Source: an uncultured Methanosarcinales archaeon
GTDB taxonomy: Archaea > Nanobdellota > Nanobdellia > Woesearchaeales > GW2011-AR9
Assembly: GCA_964552945.1 (NCBI GenBank)
Contig: CAZKIP010000004.1
Location: 25,794-89,793 of the forward strand
Direction: 5' to 3'
Length of the DNA stretch: 64,000 bases
Positions 57,895 through 64,000 of this stretch are shown here, in pieces. The first letter of the stretch is position 1, and each line of letters starts with the position of its first letter. The notes under the pieces were generated by a model. It saw nothing but the letters and a program-made list of their open reading frames with translations. It was not told the origin of the DNA and did not search any database. Made by a program: the position numbers and the translations under genes.

Positions 57895-58773
57895 ATGAAC
57901 AAACTTAAGCAGCTTTATGAAACTAAGTACAAACTTCTTTTGTTAATTCCTACACTTCTTTTAGTTTTTGCAGTGGTTCAAATTGGACTGCAATATTCCC
58001 TGACAGGGGATTTTGTTAATAGAGGAGTTAGTTTAAGTGGTGGTTCAACCATTACAATCATAGATGGTTCAATAGTTTCAGAAGAAGCATTACTTAATTT
58101 TCTCAATAAAAAGTTTCCTCAGAAGGAAATATCAATCAGAACTCTTGGTTCTGCAGGAAGTTCAATTAGTTTAGCAATAGATTCAGAACTTCAAGATGCA
58201 AAGGACATCACTGCTTTAAGAAATGTTTTGATTAAGGAATTAAAGTTAAAAGAAGGAGATTATACTGTAGAGGTAATGGGTTCATCTCTTGGAGAAAGAT
58301 TTTTTACTCAGACTATTTATGCACTTCTTGTTGCTTTCTTATTAATGGGAATAGTTGTTTTCATATATTTTAGATCTATTGCTCCTAGTCTGGCGGTAAT
58401 TTTGGCAGCATTTTCTGATATAATTGTGACTTTATCAATTTTTAATCTTACGGGAATTAAGTTAAGTACCGCAGGAATTGCAGCTTTCTTAATGTTGATT
58501 GGTTATTCTGTTGATACAGACATTTTGCTTAGTTCTAGGGTTTTGAAAAGAAAGGTAGGGACTATTATGGAAAGAGTATACGGAGCAATGAAAACTGGTT
58601 TAACTATGAGTTCTACCACTTTAACTGCAGTTTTTGTAGCTTTTATTTTTGTAAAAAGTGATGTAATTAAACAAATCATGATTATTTTATTCATTGGGTT
58701 ATTAGTAGATTTAATAATGACTTGGATTCAGAATGTAGGAATTTTGAGAATTTATTTGGAGAAGAAAAAATGA
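57895..58773 (+). CDS. secF: Protein translocase subunit SecF
   Basis: GVSLSGG, LMLIGYSVDTDILL; ATG 57895 lies ~30 nt after TTTATAAA. Confidence 0.92.
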   Translation: MNKLKQLYETKYKLLLLIPTLLLVFAVVQIGLQYSLTGDFVNRGVSLSGGSTITIIDGSIVSEEALLNFLNKKFPQKEISIRTLGSAGSSISLAIDSELQDAKDITALRNVLIKELKLKEGDYTVEVMGSSLGERFFTQTIYALLVAFLLMGIVVFIYFRSIAPSLAVILAAFSDIIVTLSIFNLTGIKLSTAGIAAFLMLIGYSVDTDILLSSRVLKRKVGTIMERVYGAMKTGLTMSSTTLTAVFVAFIFVKSDVIKQIMIILFIGLLVDLIMTWIQNVGILRIYLEKKK

Positions 58774-60356
58774 AAGATAATTTGAAAAAAATATTTACTC
58801 ATTGGAAAATCCTTCTCCTACTCTTTTTTGTGATTTTAGCAGTAGTAGCAATAAGACCACAATTTTTAGGTGCAGAAGGAGTTACAATAAGAAGTATCTA
58901 TCAAAACTCTTCAGCTGCTAATGCAGGAATGATTAATCCCTCTGATAAAGATATGCCTTTAGATAAAGAGCAGATTGTTTCCATAGATGGAGAAAAAATT
59001 TTATCTGAAGAAAGTTATTATAATATAGAAGGAAAACTTAAGAAAAACAGAACAGTAAGGGTTAAAACTAACAGACAAAGTTATACATTATTAACTAAAG
59101 AAAATCCTGAAGGTATCGTTGATTTAGGTTTAAAGATATACAATGCTCCTTCTAGCAATCTTCGTAAAGGTCTTGATTTGGAAGGTGGTACGAGAGTTCT
59201 TCTATCACCAGCTGAGAAAGTAAGTGATGAAATTTTTGATTTAACCATTGATAATTTGAAAGAAAGGTTGAATGTTTATGGTTTAAGTGATATTGTTGTT
59301 AGAAAAGCTGCAGATTTATCTGGAGATAATTTTATTTTAATTGAAATGGCAGGAGTTACGGAAGATGAAGTAAGAGAGCTTCTGTCTAAGCAGGGAAAAT
59401 TTGAAGCAGTTATAGTTAATGAAACTGTTTTTTTTGGTGGTAAGAAAGATATCACTTATGTTTGTAGGAGTGCAGAATGTTCAGGGATAGACCCAAATAG
59501 AGGATGTTCAAAATCAGGATCTGGTTACGCTTGCGGATTTTTCTTTTCTATTACTCTAAGCCCAGTAGCGGCTCAAAGACAAGCCGATGCTACTGCAACT
59601 TTGAAGAGAGTAAGTGAAGGTGGCCAGTGTTATTTAAGTGATAGTATTAAATTATTTCTTGATGATAAGGAAGTAGATAGTTTACGTATTGGGTGTGAGT
59701 TGCAAGGAAGAGCAACAACTCAAATTCAAATTTCTGGTTCAGGTCTTGGAAGAACTGAACAAGAAGCGGTCACAAATACTTTACAAGATATGAAGAAATT
59801 ACAGACGGTTATTATGACTGGAAGTTTGCCGGTTAAATTAGACGTTGTTAAGATGGATAGAGTTTCTCCAACATTGGGAGAAGAATTTTTAAATAATGTT
59901 TTATTGGTTGGTTTACTAGTAATTCTTGCAGTTGTTACAGTTGTTTTTATTAGATATAGGAGAATAAAAATAGTTCTTCCGATGATTTTAACATTAATCT
60001 CAGAAATAGTTCTTATTTTAGGGTTTGCTGCATCCTTCCGTTGGAACTTAGATTTGGCGGCTATTGCGGGAATAATTATTGTTGTAGGAACGGGAGTGGA
60101 TCATTTAATTGTAATTACCGATGAAACTTTGAGAGGAGAGGAGACCTCCAGTTGGAAAGCAAGAATTAAACAGGCTATGTTCATTGTAATGGGGGCTTAC
60201 TTAACTACGGTTGTGGGAATGCTTCCACTTTATTGGGCAGGTGCAGGTTTGTTGAAAGGTTTCGCTCTAACTACCATTGCAGGTATTTCTTTCGGAGTTT
60301 TAATTGCTCGACCTGCTTTTGCTGCTGCAATAGAAATATTGATTGGTGATGAATAA
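58770..60356 (+). CDS. secD: Protein translocase subunit SecD
   Basis: GLDLEGGTRVLL, ERLNVYGL, GSLP, GTGVDHLIVITDE, LKGFALTT; ATGA overlap with secF. Confidence 0.93.
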   Translation: MKDNLKKIFTHWKILLLLFFVILAVVAIRPQFLGAEGVTIRSIYQNSSAANAGMINPSDKDMPLDKEQIVSIDGEKILSEESYYNIEGKLKKNRTVRVKTNRQSYTLLTKENPEGIVDLGLKIYNAPSSNLRKGLDLEGGTRVLLSPAEKVSDEIFDLTIDNLKERLNVYGLSDIVVRKAADLSGDNFILIEMAGVTEDEVRELLSKQGKFEAVIVNETVFFGGKKDITYVCRSAECSGIDPNRGCSKSGSGYACGFFFSITLSPVAAQRQADATATLKRVSEGGQCYLSDSIKLFLDDKEVDSLRIGCELQGRATTQIQISGSGLGRTEQEAVTNTLQDMKKLQTVIMTGSLPVKLDVVKMDRVSPTLGEEFLNNVLLVGLLVILAVVTVVFIRYRRIKIVLPMILTLISEIVLILGFAASFRWNLDLAAIAGIIIVVGTGVDHLIVITDETLRGEETSSWKARIKQAMFIVMGAYLTTVVGMLPLYWAGAGLLKGFALTTIAGISFGVLIARPAFAAAIEILIGDE

Positions 60357-60391
60357 AATTTTTTTAGAGTTTTTTAATTATAATTATTTAC

Positions 60392-60892
60392 TTATCTATT
60401 TTTTATGTGTATCCTTAGTTGATCAATAAGATAAGGTAGAATGAAAGCTACTGCAAAAATAATGCTTATTACCCAAGGATTGTGAGGATTGTTTTGTATT
60501 TCTAATTCAGAAATAAATCTGTTGGATATTATAACGACTACCACCATATTAACTAGAGTTAGCAAAGGAACAATTATACTGGCAAACAAATGATGTTTTT
60601 TTTCTAAATGTCCAATGTCTGTAATTAAAAAATTGTATGTGAACCCAATTGTTGCAGCTAAGATTGTGACAAAAGTATAGAGGACAGCTTTACTGAAAAC
60701 AATAAGAAAAGGAACCATCACAAGAGAAACTGCCAGGTTGGCTAAGATAATAACCACTAAGGCGGTTCCAAAAACAATTTTTGATAAGAAGACATCTTTC
60801 TTTTCTTCTTTTTCTAAAATGTTTTCTGCATTAATTATATCTTCATCGCTCCATCCTTTATTTTGAAGCTCAAGTTTTCTTGTTTTTCTCAT
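60392..60892 (-). CDS. Hypothetical 4-TM membrane protein
   Basis: Four hydrophobic segments; coupled to the minD-like gene by a 4-nt overlap. Confidence 0.65.
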   Translation of the reverse strand: MRKTRKLELQNKGWSDEDIINAENILEKEEKKDVFLSKIVFGTALVVIILANLAVSLVMVPFLIVFSKAVLYTFVTILAATIGFTYNFLITDIGHLEKKHHLFASIIVPLLTLVNMVVVVIISNRFISELEIQNNPHNPWVISIIFAVAFILPYLIDQLRIHIKNR

Positions 60893-61608
60893 TTTATTTT
60901 TTGTTCAAAAGCTAAGTGTTCAGCAACTTTGTTAAATTCTTTAGCGGAACGAGAACGAGGATAAAGATAGTTTAAAGGAAGTTGTTTATGTAGCGATTTC
61001 CTTATTTTGCGATCGTGTTTAACATTTCCAAGTAAAGGGTATCCTAGAATTTCAGAAATTTCTTTGGAAGAAAGTTCATGTCTTCCACCATTGCTCATGT
61101 TAAGAACTATCCCAGAAACAAGAGTTTCATGAGTTTTAGCCAACTTAATTGTTTTCAAAGCGTCCATAACTGAACTTAAATTAGGGTTGACAACAATAAG
61201 AACTTCATCACAATTTTTAATCACTTGGCTAACTTCATAACCAAGGCCGCTAGGAGAATCTACTAAAACAAAATCTGAAGATTGATGAAGATGATTAAAC
61301 ACTTTTGAAATATTTTGAACATTTGTTTTTAGAAATTCTTTGTAAGAAGGGGAAGAAGGTACAAACGAAAGACCACTTTCATGAAGATAAGTTATGTCCT
61401 TGATACTTTTTTCTTTTCTTAAGAATTGATTTAAAGTGTTTTGTGGATTCATTAAACCAAGTTGAATTGCTAAATTTGGAGTTACAAGGTTTGCGTCAAC
61501 CAAAACAACTTTTTTTCCAAGATTTACTAGAGCTTGGCCTAAATTCAAAGTGGTGGTAGTTTTTCCAACGCCTCCTTTTCCAGATGCTAAAGCAATAAAC
61601 TTAGTCAT
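60889..61608 (-). CDS. minD: MinD/ParA family ATPase
   Basis: Deviant Walker A SGKGGVGKTT, VLVDAN, VDSPSGL. Confidence 0.9.
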   Translation of the reverse strand: MTKFIALASGKGGVGKTTTTLNLGQALVNLGKKVVLVDANLVTPNLAIQLGLMNPQNTLNQFLRKEKSIKDITYLHESGLSFVPSSPSYKEFLKTNVQNISKVFNHLHQSSDFVLVDSPSGLGYEVSQVIKNCDEVLIVVNPNLSSVMDALKTIKLAKTHETLVSGIVLNMSNGGRHELSSKEISEILGYPLLGNVKHDRKIRKSLHKQLPLNYLYPRSRSAKEFNKVAEHLAFEQKIK

Positions 61609-61724
61609 TATGTATCCCTCTTTTAACTTTATTTAAAATTAATAGTTTAAAACAAAGAGAAGAAGTATTTAATATTTTTGCTCTCTCATCATCTAAGATT
61701 TAAAAATTATCCATAAATAATTGT

Positions 61725-62198
61725 TCATAAATCATCTTCTTCTGGTTTTCCTACAAGGGTTTCCCAAGCATAATTGAAAAATTTATGGATATACCTTTCA
61801 CTATTCAAAAGATTATCAATTGTTAATTCAGCAGTGCTATCCTCCAATTTGACAATAAGTGTTACATGCCTACGGAACTCTTCTCTTCTTTCATATGGTT
61901 GATTTAGGATATTTTTTAGAAAATGATAGAAAACCATATATTTTTCTAATTCCTTGTCTTCTGGTAACATTTCTAAGAGCCTTTTTGCCCTTAAAGCTGG
62001 ACTTTTAGGTAATGCTCCCATTTTTCCTTCTTCTTTACCTTTCTCTAGAAATGCTTCAATTATTAAATCGTATGTGCCTACTATTCTTCTCAAAGCGTTA
62101 AGAATTACGTCAACTGTCCGAGTATATTTCAAGCTCACATAAATGATGTGTTCAAGCCTCTTCAATTCTTCTCTTGCTTCTAAAATATAATCTTCCAT
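61725..62198 (-). CDS. Conserved hypothetical helical protein
   Basis: Intact 157-aa ORF, co-directional with neighbours; weak similarity to 62229..62720. Confidence 0.65.
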   Translation of the reverse strand: MEDYILEAREELKRLEHIIYVSLKYTRTVDVILNALRRIVGTYDLIIEAFLEKGKEEGKMGALPKSPALRAKRLLEMLPEDKELEKYMVFYHFLKNILNQPYERREEFRRHVTLIVKLEDSTAELTIDNLLNSERYIHKFFNYAWETLVGKPEEDDL

Positions 62199-62228
62199 TT
62201 GTTTGGGAAGAGATAATGAGTGCTTCTC

Positions 62229-62720
62229 CTATTTATTCTTTTCTGTTAAATTTTCAGTAATGATTTTTTCCATGAAGGAAAGGAATTCTTTATTTTTTTG
62301 CAAATGTCCTTTCAATTCTCTAAGTGTGATTGTTTTTAAGTCATAATCTCCTGTACAAATAACAAACTTTTTTTTTCTAGAGAAATCTATTGGGCTCTTT
62401 TTCTGGGCATCTATGATATCTTTAAGTGACAATATTAAGTCTAAATAATCTTGTGATAAATTGTGTCTTGAAGCAACTTTATGGATAAATACGTTCATTT
62501 TACCTTGAAAATTGTCATTGAAAGGAGGAATTAAATTTAATGAACGTTCATATTTTAAGATGGTTTCAATCGCTGCTTCATATGAATTTAGAATGTTTTG
62601 AGTTATCCCAAGAAGAAGTTTTGGATCTTTTATAAGGGGAAAAGTAACGTGAATAAGGTGGAATGCCACATCATGTTGCATATGGGCCTCCTTTCTCGAA
62701 GAAAGATGGTCAGAGGACAT
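62229..62720 (-). CDS. Conserved hypothetical helical protein
   Basis: Intact 163-aa ORF preceded by a TTTTATA box. Confidence 0.65.
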   Translation of the reverse strand: MSSDHLSSRKEAHMQHDVAFHLIHVTFPLIKDPKLLLGITQNILNSYEAAIETILKYERSLNLIPPFNDNFQGKMNVFIHKVASRHNLSQDYLDLILSLKDIIDAQKKSPIDFSRKKKFVICTGDYDLKTITLRELKGHLQKNKEFLSFMEKIITENLTEKNK

Positions 62721-62791
62721 AATTTGCTCATAAGTTAAAGAACTATAAAAATTTATTGAGCAGAATTGAGAAAATTAGAATAATTTCTGGT

Positions 62792-63139
62792 TTATTCACT
62801 TTGGTTGGTAAGGCTGATAATCGCTTCGGCTAAATCGCCATTAGCTTCTTCAACGGCTTTCTTAGCAGTTTCTTCATCAACACTGGCTTGTTCCATAACC
62901 GTTTGAATATCTTCTTCAGATATCTCAGGAGTTGTGGAAAGTTCTCTCTCTGAGACTTCTCCAGAAATTTGGTAATTATCTTTTCCCATCATGTTAACTT
63001 TTGCTACAGAAGGGTTTGAAATAATTATCTCTTTATCGTCCGTTTTTATGATGACTTCAGTTGCAGGAATATCTACTTGTTGAATTCCCATCTGCTTCAT
63101 CATTTGCTGCATCTTTCTAGGATTGATTCCAGGGAACAT
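62792..63139 (-). CDS. nac: Nascent polypeptide-associated complex protein
   Basis: NPRKMQQMMKQMGI, ISEEDIQTVMEQ, GDLAEAII (UBA-like domain). Confidence 0.96.
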   Translation of the reverse strand: MFPGINPRKMQQMMKQMGIQQVDIPATEVIIKTDDKEIIISNPSVAKVNMMGKDNYQISGEVSERELSTTPEISEEDIQTVMEQASVDEETAKKAVEEANGDLAEAIISLTNQSE

Positions 63140-63141
63140 TT

Positions 63142-63315
63142 TTAGTTAAAAAAAAGCCCTCCAAATTGATGTAGGATTATTACAATAATCATAATAATGA
63201 TGCTTAGAACGATAATTGATCCTGGAGAAAGTTCGATTTTAGAAGTGGATTCTTCAAAATACCTTGTTAATCCTCCTTGTCCAGAAGGCATATTTATTCT
63301 GTTGTCTTTTCCCAT
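63142..63315 (-). CDS. secG: Preprotein translocase subunit Sec61beta (not in the ORF track)
   Basis: Hand translation MGKDNRINMPSGQGGLTRYFEESTSKIELSPGSIIVLSIIIMIIVIILHQFGGLFFN*; GL.RY(F/Y)EE...I.L.P plus a TM is the Sec61beta signature. Confidence 0.92.
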   Translation of the reverse strand: MGKDNRINMPSGQGGLTRYFEESTSKIELSPGSIIVLSIIIMIIVIILHQFGGLFFN

Positions 63316-63334
63316 ATAAATCTTACAAAGTTCC

Positions 63335-63428
63335 CTGAGCGAAAAATGATATTTCGCTTGGGCGCCAGCAAAGTCGTTGCTTTGCTGTGCGTATCATCCG
63401 ATGAGATGCCACGTTCGCTTGCGCTCAG
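63335..63428. other. GC-rich multi-hairpin element upstream of secG (structured leader, or REP/MITE-like insert)
   Basis: Outer inverted repeat CTGAGCG/CGCTCAG, perfect CAGCAAAG/CTTTGCTG hairpin, and TTCGCTTG twice. Confidence 0.45.
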
Positions 63429-63528
63429 TGCCATGCGGAGATAAAAATTGTCCTCGTTTTTTCTCTAGATTATTTATGTTTTATAAGGTTTTTGTTAATA
63501 ATGATATTTTGACCTTTTTAAAAAAGAG

Positions 63529-63867
63529 GGTAGAGTGACATAAGCCGCCTTCTGTCAACCTTCGAATCGAACAGGTTGTGGAAGCATTTTACTAAGCGTG
63601 CTAAGCACTTGCACCGGCAAGGATTCGCCGTTTCATCGATCCCATGTCCAACGTCATTGGGTTAACTCACTTGTTTCGCAACAAGCTTCGCCATAACAAA
63701 AACCCAGGGTTTTTGAGAGTTCCTAGGAACAAATCATTCTAAGACATGGACGTGTCGTTTCTGAGCCAGAGCCATGAATTTCTCCATCTCATGAAGTTGC
63801 CTTTTATGGTGGGCGGACTTTCCTCACAAACATCAATTGTTAGCGTGAGCTTCCTGCCACTACTACC
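63529..63867 (-). ncRNA. rnpB: Ribonuclease P RNA
   Basis: Minus strand has CR-I GAGGAAAGUCCGCCC, CR-II CAGAAAC, CR-III GAUGAAACG, CR-IV GCUUAGUAAAAUG and CR-V ACAGAAGGCGGCUUA. P1 is GGUAGUAGUGGCA/UGUCACUCUACC. TTTATATA lies ~25-30 nt upstream and a T-tract downstream. Confidence 0.95.
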
Positions 63868-63929
63868 ATTAGTCTTTGGGAAGTAGTTACTATATAAATG
63901 TTTCCTATTATGAAGAATTAAGAACAAAT

Positions 63930-64000
63930 TTACCTTACAACTTCTACTTTTAGTAACAATTCCCTCATTCCTTCTTCATGGCCAGCTCCAACAATTGCTA
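63930..64000 (-). CDS. 3' end of a probable TraB/GumN family protein (truncated by the window edge)
   Basis: ...AIVGAGHEEGMRELLLKVEVVR*; VGAGH is the TraB-family C-terminal motif. Confidence 0.6.
   Translation of the reverse strand, partial: AIVGAGHEEGMRELLLKVEVVR

Noticed and set aside
421..62142. Numerous 60-160 aa ORFs nested within or antisense to long genes
   Set aside because: Fully overlapped by well-supported genes, with no motifs or RBS/promoter support.
63335..63428. SRP RNA next to secG/nac
   Set aside because: Too short, and it lacks the helix 8 CAGG...GGAA...AGCA motif.
63739..63927. 62-aa minus-strand ORF
   Set aside because: It overlaps the promoter and conserved region I of the RNase P RNA and has no protein features.

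Overview
AT-rich archaeal chromosomal segment. The gene set (RPA, RadA, aIF5A, HMf-type histone, aRF1, Rpp21, SecF/SecD, Sec61beta, NAC, TATA-box promoters and mostly leaderless genes) most resembles a DPANN/Nanobdellota (Woesearchaeales-like) archaeon; this taxonomy is an inference. The left ~28 kb is a surface-structure locus. It has very large Cys-rich secreted or anchored proteins (about 1770, 784 and 2140 aa), followed by 16 tightly coupled genes, 15 of which start with a class III (type IV prepilin-like) signal K-[KR]-[GA] plus a hydrophobic helix. Two of these are micro-pilins that the ORF track mis-starts or misses. No pilus ATPase, platform protein or prepilin peptidase lies in the window. 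The right ~36 kb is mostly housekeeping: RPA, cold-shock and TRAM RNA chaperones, RadA, a dCTP deaminase-like protein, ppsA, pepA, trxB, a thyA-folA-glyA/folC folate-thymidylate module, a site-2 protease, translation factors, an ABC exporter, pyrG, secFD and minD. Features not in the ORF track include a cysteine-free L40e, Sec61beta, a reduced (type-M-like) RNase P RNA, and three GC-rich structured intergenic elements (before the ssb-like/radA genes, a K-loop RNA between adk and aRF1, and one upstream of Sec61beta). All calls come from reading the sequence by eye; no database search was run.
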